The notes beneath the pieces were generated by a model. The model saw only the letters and a program-made list of their open reading frames with translations. It had not been told where the DNA came from and made no database searches. Made by a program: the position numbers and the translations under genes. Below are positions 9,974 through 19,578 of a DNA stretch of 64,000 nt, piece after piece. Source of the stretch: Giardia intestinalis (taxonomy: Eukaryota); NCBI GenBank assembly GCA_000002435.2, contig CM018792.1, one strand, 5' to 3'. The number at the start of each line of letters is the position of its first letter. Position 1 is the first letter of the stretch.

Positions 9974-11377
9974 CTAGTTCTCATCTAACCCCGCTTCACT
10001 TCGCAAGGCGCCGTCAACAAAACCATTTTGACCCATAACAACTACGGTTGGCTCATCCCGATTCTGCCGAGCCCGTTCTCGTGTACCCTCGCTAACACCT
10101 TCTTTCTCATGCTGACCCAACCCATCTTCATCTTCGGCCAGTGGCCGCCCTCCATAGTAGTCTCTATCTTTCCCTTGTAGCATCTCCTTACTAGTCTCCA
10201 CAGAAGCAGGCATAACGCTTGTCAACGTGCTGCTACCACCACATGCGTTTGCGGGTTGTATTTCTCTGAGCTTTTGTCGAATGTGTGTGAGCTTCTGCTC
10301 AATGTCCTGTCTTGTGTTCTGATTGGGAAGATTGATGCGTGGAACAAGCAGCGAATAATCGGGGCCATAGTACTCGTAGAACTGATTTGCTGGTATCTGT
10401 TCGGACAGGACCTGGTTACAGACGAGTGATGTCTCATATGTCCAACACTTGGCGGCAGAACGCGCTGTATACCCACCCCCACCTGTTAAGAGAAGCGGTA
10501 TGCCCTTCGCTTGCGTATACTGATACAGAATCTTAACACACTCCCCGTGACCTTTCAAGGTGACATTGAAGACCCCTAGTCGATCGCCTGCCAGCGAGTC
10601 TGCTCCACACTGCAAGACAACTGCTTGTGGATCATAGCAACACATCACATCCTTTACCACGCTTCCAAAGATGTAGATGAATGTGTCATCATCGATGGCG
10701 TCTTTCAGCGGAAAATTAATGGCGTACCCTTTCCCTTGGTCAGCTCCATTATCAAACAGATTGCCGGTGCCCGGAAAGAAGTCTGTGTCGTACTTGTGGA
10801 ATGACAGAGTCAAAACCCGATTTGTGGTATAGAAGGCCTCCTCGACTCCATCTCCGGCATGGATGTCAATATCTACATACAGCACACGCTCGTGTACCTT
10901 CAAGAGCTCAAGTATCCCTAAGACAAGATCATTGGCATAACAAAACCCAGAGGCTTCAGAAGCCTTTGCATGGTGGAACCCGCCCATCCAGTTGAGGGCT
11001 ACATCGCACATCCCATGATTCAAGTGAGCACATGCATTAACAGAAGCACCCACTGTCATGCTACAGTAGTCGTAGAGCCCAGAGAACACGGGGCAGTCTT
11101 CGGTAATGTTATATCTCTTGGCAAGGTCCTGGAACTTAGAAAGAGTCTCAGGCGTGATATTTTTCAGAAAGCGTATATAATCAGGGGTGTGGTAAAGAGC
11201 CATGTCCTGAAAAGTGGCGTCTCTAGGTGTATAGTAGTTCAAATGCTCATCCAAGCCGTATGCTAAAATAAGCTCATTCACCAAGGCAATCCTGAATGGC
11301 TTCATCGGATGATGCAGCCCAAAGTAGAAGGTGGGGAAGAGTGGGTTGTAGAAGAAGGAGGGTTTTGAAGGCGGCAT
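9974..11377 (-). CDS. Class I histone deacetylase (HDAC1/Rpd3 family)
   Basis: It carries canonical HDAC blocks: GFCYANDLVLGILELLK, VLYVDIDIHAGDGVEEAF, SFHKYDTDFFPGTG, QCGADSLAGDRLG, and LLLTGGGGYT. The ATG at 11375-11377 was verified. Confidence 0.92.
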   Translation of the reverse strand: MPPSKPSFFYNPLFPTFYFGLHHPMKPFRIALVNELILAYGLDEHLNYYTPRDATFQDMALYHTPDYIRFLKNITPETLSKFQDLAKRYNITEDCPVFSGLYDYCSMTVGASVNACAHLNHGMCDVALNWMGGFHHAKASEASGFCYANDLVLGILELLKVHERVLYVDIDIHAGDGVEEAFYTTNRVLTLSFHKYDTDFFPGTGNLFDNGADQGKGYAINFPLKDAIDDDTFIYIFGSVVKDVMCCYDPQAVVLQCGADSLAGDRLGVFNVTLKGHGECVKILYQYTQAKGIPLLLTGGGGYTARSAAKCWTYETSLVCNQVLSEQIPANQFYEYYGPDYSLLVPRINLPNQNTRQDIEQKLTHIRQKLREIQPANACGGSSTLTSVMPASVETSKEMLQGKDRDYYGGRPLAEDEDGLGQHEKEGVSEGTRERARQNRDEPTVVVMGQNGFVDGALRSEAGLDEN

Positions 11378-11454
11378 TTTTTAATCCTTCAAATCAATGC
11401 AATGTAAAGCCGGTTTAAACACGGAGATGCTATGCATTAGCTCACCAGATGAAC

Positions 11455-13728
11455 TTAGTGCTCAGAGGTAGTAACAACAGACAGCATCTTGGCTAGAACA
11501 ATGTGCCTATTTTGCTGTGTGTTTATCCACGCCTCAAATGATGCTCCATCCACTTGAAGCCAGTGTAAAAGCTCATCAGGAAAATCAAGGACCTGTCCAT
11601 CCAAGGAGCTAGCAGATATCTTGGCGGGATTGAATACATACGTTTGATAGTAGTTGTTAGTAAGAAACAAAGTTTGATCTATACCTTCCTCTGCAAACTC
11701 ATTCAATAAGGTCATGCACAAGACTCCAGATCGCTGGATAGCATTTCGTGATACTTGCAAGGCTAAAATCTGACGAAGAATATCGGATGACTGTGCTGGT
11801 AGTTCAACCATTGTTTTAGCGTGCGGTTGGATCCCTGCAAACTTGACAGTGATGGCTGTTTGTAGCATGCAGCTGCTCGAAGATAAAACACCGCGGCTAA
11901 GCATGGCTATAGTTGCATCTACTGTTTTCCTCAATACGATGGTAGCTACTCTTTTCTCCAGGCAAGACGCGAAGCAGCGCGATCCTAGTATTCGGCAGAG
12001 TGTCAGGGGTGTTTTTTGTATATTGCTGTATTGACAAAGAAGCCCTCCTATAACTGCCTGGGCAGTGTTAGGGTTAAAGTTGCTATATCGTGCAAATACT
12101 GTAAGGAACAAATCAATTACCAAATAATCAAGACTGCTGATTTTTGAATTTTGCGCTTGAGAAGACTGTGCTTTGCTTCTATTAACAGAGATATCATTAG
12201 AACAGGCACTCTTACCCTTTAAATTTGCCATAAGGTTGGTGATTTTCTCGCATAGCTTACGAGTCCCATCGAGCTTAAGTTCACGGTCTGTCTGGTTTCT
12301 GATGAAGTAGTTATTTTCTGTTGATGCTATAACCTGCTGTCTATGTTCTTGTCCGGCAACAAACATAGTTCGCGCCTTTGGTTGCTTGGTCACTAACTTC
12401 AGTTGAGTGCTTAATGGAGGGAGTGTCGTACGTGATGTTATCTCTAGGCTTTTATAGTCTATTTTTGTGCTTGTGTTAAAGACTGGCTGCTTATTTTTCG
12501 TCAGTGCAGAACTCTTTTTGGAAATAGCTGGGGAAGACGAGGACAGAAGCTGCGGCTTAGATAGTGGGGTTTCAGAAGAGCATTCTGCAGGAGAGGTCTC
12601 ATCTATTACGCAGCGCAGAAGTGATAGCAAATCTAGGGGATGTAGGGCCTCACAAAAGTGCAAGGAAAAGAGGCCTAAAACGCCACAACATGCTAGTGTC
12701 ACAATGTGGAACTTGGGGAGCTTATAGAGACCGTCTCGGTATATCAGTCGGAGAAATATGTTTGCCATATAGCGAGATGTCAGGACGCGCTTAGTGATAG
12801 AGCGCGGAGATAGCTCCAAGAGATGCCTATTAAAGCTGTTACTATTAACCTGGGCAATGATACATGGCTGCACTAGAATGTCTGCTACTACATCGGCACA
12901 GATGTGATTCTGACCCGGGGCTATCGCCATCGCAATGGACTCTGCTACAGTGTCCTGCAAGAAGTAGTCTTGCGCACCTTCTGATGCATATGGAAGGGCT
13001 GCTATTCTTTTCATCCAAAGGTCCGCATACTCCATCGTGGAATCCAATAGGATCAAATACTGTAGGCATAACCTATCTGTCGGTACGGAGTTGAAGGGAG
13101 TGTTGGCGATGATGACAGACGACGATTTGGACAGATATACTTGCATTTCTTGAAAGTGGCAATTGTATATGTTAAGCGCTTTGTGAAAGAAAACCCCAGT
13201 TAAATTCCCCAGGCCATGCAACCCAGAAAAGTTAGAAAGTACTGAATAGACGTTTGAGCATACATGACAAAAGAGGGACTCGCACGTAGATATTAGCATT
13301 AAGATGATTGTGCAGGCATCTTCATTTTTAGAGCACTCCTCTTCTGCACTTAAACGCTTAAGAATGGCCTCCAGCAGCATCTGAAGGTATTGGATGCATG
13401 TGACAGGACTTATACTATGCGTGCATGTGACTAAAGCGTCGCACGCGCCATGTACAACACTGGACGTGTTTGAATAAAGAAATATCTCTGTGAATTCATC
13501 CAGAATTTGACCAGAGAGAGGAGACTCCTCAAAGATGTAAGGCGAGTTGGTGATGACTGATAACGCAGTAAGCTGTGCCATGGGGTCCCGTAAACTCAGA
13601 GAACTGATGGCATCTTGGAGCTCTCCGACTGAATAGAATGTGTCAAGCAAGTTTTCTGCTTCCACAGTATACAAAACTTCGTCATCTTCATGCAAGAAAT
13701 GGACACGTCCCGTGGGGTCCTTGAGCAT
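11455..13728 (-). CDS. Hypothetical protein (757 aa), predicted helical-repeat rich
   Basis: A long ORF with a verified ATG at 13726-13728. I recognise no catalytic motif. There is a Ser-rich middle region. Confidence 0.55.
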   Translation of the reverse strand: MLKDPTGRVHFLHEDDEVLYTVEAENLLDTFYSVGELQDAISSLSLRDPMAQLTALSVITNSPYIFEESPLSGQILDEFTEIFLYSNTSSVVHGACDALVTCTHSISPVTCIQYLQMLLEAILKRLSAEEECSKNEDACTIILMLISTCESLFCHVCSNVYSVLSNFSGLHGLGNLTGVFFHKALNIYNCHFQEMQVYLSKSSSVIIANTPFNSVPTDRLCLQYLILLDSTMEYADLWMKRIAALPYASEGAQDYFLQDTVAESIAMAIAPGQNHICADVVADILVQPCIIAQVNSNSFNRHLLELSPRSITKRVLTSRYMANIFLRLIYRDGLYKLPKFHIVTLACCGVLGLFSLHFCEALHPLDLLSLLRCVIDETSPAECSSETPLSKPQLLSSSSPAISKKSSALTKNKQPVFNTSTKIDYKSLEITSRTTLPPLSTQLKLVTKQPKARTMFVAGQEHRQQVIASTENNYFIRNQTDRELKLDGTRKLCEKITNLMANLKGKSACSNDISVNRSKAQSSQAQNSKISSLDYLVIDLFLTVFARYSNFNPNTAQAVIGGLLCQYSNIQKTPLTLCRILGSRCFASCLEKRVATIVLRKTVDATIAMLSRGVLSSSSCMLQTAITVKFAGIQPHAKTMVELPAQSSDILRQILALQVSRNAIQRSGVLCMTLLNEFAEEGIDQTLFLTNNYYQTYVFNPAKISASSLDGQVLDFPDELLHWLQVDGASFEAWINTQQNRHIVLAKMLSVVTTSEH

Positions 13729-13854
13729 AGGTAAATTTCAAATTTTAAGAAGACCTTTCACAGCTTGCTCATAATAAACCCCTTGTCTGCTCTCTGCAGT
13801 GTCTGCTGGTACTTTATAGATTGTCTGGCTACTTGCTTGTTTACTCGCTGCTTT

Positions 13855-16800
13855 CTAATAGTCCTTTAATAGACCACCATAAATTAGAGATAATATCTGA
13901 ATCGATAAGCGCCTGCGATTCAGCCGCATAAAACACCCTCCTCCTGGAGCTACAAATCCAAACCCATCTTCATACGGTTCTAGAACATAGCTTTCCTTTT
14001 CTAGTCTTGCGTAGCGGCTAGCACAGAACGGTGATTCGAAAAACTCATTGCTCCAGCACTGACAGAGCCCATCTTCCACCAATTTATCAGCAACAAATAG
14101 ATCCTCCCGCTCGTCACTTATTGGAAGTCCACAGTATATGCAGACTCTGCCTTCTGTTGAATCGAGAAAGAACTTATTCCGACCCAGACTAAAGTATGCG
14201 AGCTTCAGGCGCTGAAAAGCTGTATCTGCTAGTGCTAGAGGACACAGGAGATTAAACGTTGTGGGTTTTATTGTTGTCGATATTGTACTTGTAGTGTTCT
14301 TCATCGCAATTCGGACTACATGGGTCTGGAAGCTGCATGCCTCTGTGCTGAAGGTCGTATTCAAAGCCATGGGCTGGCCTCCGTTCAAGTAGCTCTGTAT
14401 GTTGCGCTTGAGAGAATACGCACGTGCATTGGAAGACTGCTCTGGACAAAGAGCTTCATATATAGCCGCTTCCAGACAGACCAAAATCAAACTGTAGGAA
14501 ATGGCTGTTGCCTCTGTATAATTACGAATGGATCCTATACTTAGTAGGTTGCCAGTAAGTCTCTCCAAGGTACACGTAAGGCACTGCGACAAGTCTTCCA
14601 TGTTGGGTGTAATTGCTTGCTCTCCCAACCGCTGAAGCTCCTTGCTGACGTCCACGGCCATCTCCCAGATGATACGCATAGACAAGACGGCCCTTTCGCC
14701 TAGTTGCACTAGGCACTCGTTCACGGCTTGTACAAACGGCCTCTTGCCTATCCTTGTATCAAAAATCCAAATATATTGTAGCAAATACAGCAGAACAGCG
14801 AATATGCGAGACACGTCTGAGATTACTCTAAGAAACAACTGTGGAAGAGACGGCTCTGCACACATTTCCTGACACTTTGGTAAAAATAATAGAGATTGTA
14901 GATTGCAATCTATAAAATGAATAAGAAAAAGAATCATACCTAAAAGAAAGGGATCAGATGATAACACCGCCTTCAACTCATCTGTATTTGGAAAGAATCT
15001 CTTGGTACCGTGGTTTGAATGAGCAACATGCAATATTCTGATTAATAGTGGGAAAACAAGCTCTACCAGAATGAAGTTATGCATCTTATAGTTAGAGCTG
15101 GACCAGAATATGCTCGGCTGTACAAGAATATCGTGAAATAGAGGTATTCCGGTGATGTATGGAAAGGAGCAAACGGGACAAACTAGCGACTCCGCAACTT
15201 CAGACTCATCGTTACGTAGCATACACGACACGTGCTGGATGTGCGCACAAGATGCTGAGAGCAACGAGAAGAGCTCTGTGCTCGACGTTGTAAAAACAGA
15301 TATGATGATTCCTGCGTGCTCCTCCTCTGCTAACTGCTCAACGTACGGTATTAGAATAGAGTCAGCAGTAATGTCTAGCAAGTATGTATAGCCTGTGCTG
15401 TGATGGGAAATATGTGAGCTGGTGTTTCCTGTGTGAGGATTAAGATCAAATACTGATAGTTCTGGCCAAACACGTGGAGGGTAGTGGGAGACTGTCTCTC
15501 CCAACTGGCAGGCATGCTTGCGGAACGCTATGTACAAAAAATTGCTCCTAATGATTTGTAATGGTACGGCTTGTAATTGGTTGAGCAGCTGCACATCAAG
15601 CTCTGACAAAGCACAGAGCTGCGTTTTATAAACCAGTGATCTATTAATGGTCAGGGACTCCAAGCAAATGCAACAGATAGCGGCATCTACCCCGGTATTC
15701 TGGTGCTCCTTCTTTCCCGAGGAAGATGCGTGTATCATGTGGTGATCTGCCATAAGCTTTCTTAGTGTGCGCGTCAATTTGACCTTAATAGCTTGCGGGG
15801 ATTTTCGTTTGGTTACTCTTTCTGTGAATTTCGTAGCTGAATCAGAAGCCTGGACATAGAGCATCGAGGAGTATTCTATACTATTCTCCCTGAAGCTTTC
15901 CTCAAGATACTCTACAAGAGTCCTTGCCATCGGGTCAAACAGGAGGCGTCCTGCGCTAGATGCTATACGTCCGTGAGCGTAGCTAAGCATCTGGATGATG
16001 TTTGCAGTTGGGACAAGGAATCGGGTCGTTATGCACCTTTTAGATATGCAAATCAGAAGACGAAGAAGATGCAAAAAGCAACAGTGCCGTAAATATCCTG
16101 CACCATACAAATCAATGCAGGCAAATAATAAGTCAGCAAAATACTTACTGCCAGCAAAACAGCTAAGCAGATCTTCGTTACACTGTAGACTTACCAACAC
16201 TGGAAGTATGCGTAGCTCTCGGAGAGCCTCAGAATCCATAAACGCAGAGTGCACCCTATCGAGCTCCAGCGGGGCCAATAGAGGCTCCAGGACACGCCAG
16301 CCATTAGTTGTTAGCCTTACTTCTGCAGAGAAGTCCGTGTCATGTGTCTTGGGACTACAGACTAGCTTCACGGCTTCTAGGATGATCGATGTGTCTGAGA
16401 ACTGTCCAGAAAACTCCACAATTAAAGATGAAGGTGACGTGGTGCGATTTAGCGCTACATAAACGGCAACAAGGCTCTGAATATAGGTATTTCCTACGGT
16501 CAAGTACGGGTTATGAGTCACGAAAATAAGTTGAAGCAACAGTATGAGGGCCCCCTCATACAGAGACGAAAAAAGTGCAGCGGGTTCTGGATGAAGAGCG
16601 TGCGCATTACCAAGTTCTCCACCTACAATCGGAGGTATGAGCTCAGCCGTTTGTGTCATAAATCTTCGTCTGTCGAGTTCAATGGTCAATAGCGGCAGGT
16701 ATGACTGGTTAAAGATACTGGAAGACTGAATATATAGGTTATTGGAACCCCGAGATATCAGTCCAAACGACACTAAAATACCTAGCAAACAACAATTAAC

Positions 16801-19242
16801 AGGGTTGTAAAAACTAGAAAGACTATTGTCAAGAGAACCGTATCTGGCTTTAGAAACCATGATGAAGATAAGGAGTTGGAGTAGCGAGATATGCTTGTGC
16901 CAGATATGTATCTGCTTAGGCCTGTGACAACTGATAAAGAGGGTAGCAACCATTGTAACGTCTTCGCCGTTGCGTGCATATGCCCCGAACGCCATTCTAT
17001 AGACGAGAGAGATACCAATAAGAGTACTAAGTATTTCTAAAAACATTACTGAGGCAATCCGTTCGGATTGACAATCCTTAGTACACGAGGTATCATCGCA
17101 ATGATATGGCATCCTAAACAATGTATCAGCTTGATTTTTAACAATGTCAAAAACTTCATCAGAGGCAAGTATAGGCGGTGGAAGAAGCTCGTCTGCAAAC
17201 TGCCACGAGAAGCAATCAGTCCGAAGAAGAAGTCGCTCATGCATAGTTTTAGCAAAGGACCATGTAGTGGCTGCCGATGAGCTAGCCAAGTATTTAGTAA
17301 GACATGCATGTAGGAGAGAGGAGTACAACGGCAGAGAGGGAAACCGAAGCCCAGACAGTGCATATCCATCTTCAGAAACGCCACTCCACGTCTTCAACCT
17401 ATTAACAAATAGTGGATCCAAGGCCAATCCTGTCGCCTGTGCAGCTATAAAGATGGTTCTATAGTTAGCAGAATACTCATAGGCGTTGTGAACTGCTGCT
17501 AGAAAAATTGCTGGATACGTATACCCTGCGCACCCACGTGCAACCTTCAGTTCGTGATTGTACACATAGGCGCAGAGATTGGTGCGACCATGAAGAGTCT
17601 GGTTAAGTAAGAGTCGGAGAGTAGTGTCCATCAGCTCTATTATATTACCTGAACGGGCCATAAATACCGCGTGGACAGCGCTTAAAGTGGGATGAAACAG
17701 TGCTCGTTCATTATCAACCATTAAGGCCAAGCTTCGTCCAGACAGGTCTGCAGCAGATGCGTGCTCTCCAGAGACCTTTCTGTGTACAAAGGTGAGTTTG
17801 TTACCGACAAGCCTTAGCAACTCTACATACAAGAGAACCGAATCTATGACATCATGGTTCACGGAGTCATAAAAGGTACTGTTCTCCAGAGGAAGAAGAG
17901 CTGCCGAAACCCGAATAGCCCTGGCAAGTTGAGAAACCATATACGTATTGACGGGAAGGTACCTCCCCTCGTGGACCAAGAAGAACAGTTGCTCCAAAAC
18001 TGTCACTCTCTGCGGTGCATCACCGCATGCAGCTTGTAAATATTGCTGAGATAGTGAATCAGTGGAAAATAGACAAAGATAATTAGAAAAGGAATGCAAG
18101 AGCGCCGAGTTTCTCTTTTCTGGACCTCCAAAAATAAGGACAATCCATCTAACAAGAAGGGATTGGACAAGCTGCATATGTGCCAGATCTAGATTAGTAA
18201 AGCGTTTCATAGCTCTGCATCCCAGCTTATATGTCGCTATCAGGTACATCAGGCTTTCGCATGGTTCACGTGTAAGTGTATAGAATAAATCAGAAAAATA
18301 ATCAGATTGAAGGGCCGAGCAAAAGGCATCATCAAACAATAGCGCTCTGCATACTCTCAAATCGCTTGTAGTGAAGACCAGAGGAAGGACAATAAAGGGC
18401 CAGAGCTTGAAAATAAAGCATGGAAAGCTGGTACTATCAGACGCTAGCATAGAGTACAGTGCATGAAGATCAGTGCTAGCGCCAGCACTTGCTGGGCCTA
18501 GTGGCAAGCAACCACTGTGTGTGTATAGGACATAGAACTCTAGGAATGAATAGCCCCTCTTAATAGCTTCATGCAGTTGTCCAACTGAACTAGTACCGTG
18601 ATCAATCAGCTGAAAAAAGCCCTCTAGTGAGCGTACTATCGTGCATACCAATAGTGCATATGTTTTGTTAAGAGCACACTGCGTAACAGGTATTGAAGTC
18701 TGTGGAGATGAGTATTCAAGAAGACCCGGGAGAGTCGGTTTAGTACAACAAACTTGCGCTACAAGTGCGTGGTAAATAGGATATTTCAGTATAAAATTCA
18801 AGACTTCCTGGGCATTGTTCGACAAGTGTGCCTGATAAAGAAGTACTTCAGTTGCAAATACCAGTCTTGTGTAAAGATCGCGGGGGATCCGCGCGTGTAG
18901 AAAGGCCTCTGGATCATCTGGACGTAGGGTCACTGCGTTCATCTGCTCGTGAGCGTGACAGAGTATGCCATTGGCGCAGGAAATGACAGAATAGGGGATT
19001 AAAAACCAGACGTGATCTTCGTGCTGACCCTGCGTAAAGCAATCCAGGCATAATTCTAATTGGTTGTCAGAGTGGCATGTTAGACATACAATTCGTGGTC
19101 CTGGCGGAGCCAAACAAAAGTTGAGATGGGCCAGATCCGGTGGAAGAGCTAGTAAATTTGATTCAATATCATGGCTTACTGAATCAACTACCTTTCTACT
19201 GAAGTTTATCGGTACTGAAATCAAACGATCACGAAGAAACAT
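13855..19242 (-). CDS. Giant (1795 aa) putative UBR-box-containing E3 ubiquitin ligase (N-recognin/UBR-like)
   Basis: The N-terminal region (RIVCLTCHSDNQLELCLDCFTQGQHEDHVWF...SCANGILCHAHE) matches the Cys/His spacing of a UBR-box zinc finger. There is an internal CCIC...C cluster (AICCICLESL) and a C-terminal Cys-rich region (RVCIYCGLPISDERE...GLCQCWSNEFFESPFCASRY) reminiscent of the UBR C-terminal autoinhibitory domain. The ATG at 19240-19242 was verified. The family assignment rests on motif spacing only. Confidence 0.4.
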   Translation of the reverse strand: MFLRDRLISVPINFSRKVVDSVSHDIESNLLALPPDLAHLNFCLAPPGPRIVCLTCHSDNQLELCLDCFTQGQHEDHVWFLIPYSVISCANGILCHAHEQMNAVTLRPDDPEAFLHARIPRDLYTRLVFATEVLLYQAHLSNNAQEVLNFILKYPIYHALVAQVCCTKPTLPGLLEYSSPQTSIPVTQCALNKTYALLVCTIVRSLEGFFQLIDHGTSSVGQLHEAIKRGYSFLEFYVLYTHSGCLPLGPASAGASTDLHALYSMLASDSTSFPCFIFKLWPFIVLPLVFTTSDLRVCRALLFDDAFCSALQSDYFSDLFYTLTREPCESLMYLIATYKLGCRAMKRFTNLDLAHMQLVQSLLVRWIVLIFGGPEKRNSALLHSFSNYLCLFSTDSLSQQYLQAACGDAPQRVTVLEQLFFLVHEGRYLPVNTYMVSQLARAIRVSAALLPLENSTFYDSVNHDVIDSVLLYVELLRLVGNKLTFVHRKVSGEHASAADLSGRSLALMVDNERALFHPTLSAVHAVFMARSGNIIELMDTTLRLLLNQTLHGRTNLCAYVYNHELKVARGCAGYTYPAIFLAAVHNAYEYSANYRTIFIAAQATGLALDPLFVNRLKTWSGVSEDGYALSGLRFPSLPLYSSLLHACLTKYLASSSAATTWSFAKTMHERLLLRTDCFSWQFADELLPPPILASDEVFDIVKNQADTLFRMPYHCDDTSCTKDCQSERIASVMFLEILSTLIGISLVYRMAFGAYARNGEDVTMVATLFISCHRPKQIHIWHKHISLLQLLIFIMVSKARYGSLDNSLSSFYNPVNCCLLGILVSFGLISRGSNNLYIQSSSIFNQSYLPLLTIELDRRRFMTQTAELIPPIVGGELGNAHALHPEPAALFSSLYEGALILLLQLIFVTHNPYLTVGNTYIQSLVAVYVALNRTTSPSSLIVEFSGQFSDTSIILEAVKLVCSPKTHDTDFSAEVRLTTNGWRVLEPLLAPLELDRVHSAFMDSEALRELRILPVLVSLQCNEDLLSCFAGSKYFADLLFACIDLYGAGYLRHCCFLHLLRLLICISKRCITTRFLVPTANIIQMLSYAHGRIASSAGRLLFDPMARTLVEYLEESFRENSIEYSSMLYVQASDSATKFTERVTKRKSPQAIKVKLTRTLRKLMADHHMIHASSSGKKEHQNTGVDAAICCICLESLTINRSLVYKTQLCALSELDVQLLNQLQAVPLQIIRSNFLYIAFRKHACQLGETVSHYPPRVWPELSVFDLNPHTGNTSSHISHHSTGYTYLLDITADSILIPYVEQLAEEEHAGIIISVFTTSSTELFSLLSASCAHIQHVSCMLRNDESEVAESLVCPVCSFPYITGIPLFHDILVQPSIFWSSSNYKMHNFILVELVFPLLIRILHVAHSNHGTKRFFPNTDELKAVLSSDPFLLGMILFLIHFIDCNLQSLLFLPKCQEMCAEPSLPQLFLRVISDVSRIFAVLLYLLQYIWIFDTRIGKRPFVQAVNECLVQLGERAVLSMRIIWEMAVDVSKELQRLGEQAITPNMEDLSQCLTCTLERLTGNLLSIGSIRNYTEATAISYSLILVCLEAAIYEALCPEQSSNARAYSLKRNIQSYLNGGQPMALNTTFSTEACSFQTHVVRIAMKNTTSTISTTIKPTTFNLLCPLALADTAFQRLKLAYFSLGRNKFFLDSTEGRVCIYCGLPISDEREDLFVADKLVEDGLCQCWSNEFFESPFCASRYARLEKESYVLEPYEDGFGFVAPGGGCFMRLNRRRLSIQILSLIYGGLLKDY

Positions 19243-19578
19243 GACACATCAAGGAGGAAGAGCCTGCGCTATAAGATTCTTTTAAATTTAGTGGACCGAA
19301 ATAGAAATTCATACACTGTACTTCTGTATACGACTCACATGATCAGAATGTCTAACTATTTGTTCGCCAGTGAACTCTTTCTCCTTACAGTTTGACGCCA
19401 TTACTTTTTTAATTCGTACTCTCAGTAACCTGTACAAAAAGAAAGAATCGCCTACTGGCACTTTCTGGACAACTGTGCGGTGAGTATTCGCAGTGAATAT
19501 CTATCCTCTTGACATTTTAAATAAATCTTTCAAAAAATTTTAAATTTCACAGCTCTTGTCACAGTACTCTCTCACAGG

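Noticed and set aside
19243-19578. Possible spliceosomal intron or ncRNA in the 336-bp divergent spacer (contains ggtgagtattcgcag … tcacag).
   Set aside because: There is no Giardia-type intron signature (GTATGT … CTRACACACAG) and no interrupted ORF needing rescue. No structured RNA is recognisable by eye, so it is left as a plain AT-rich promoter region.
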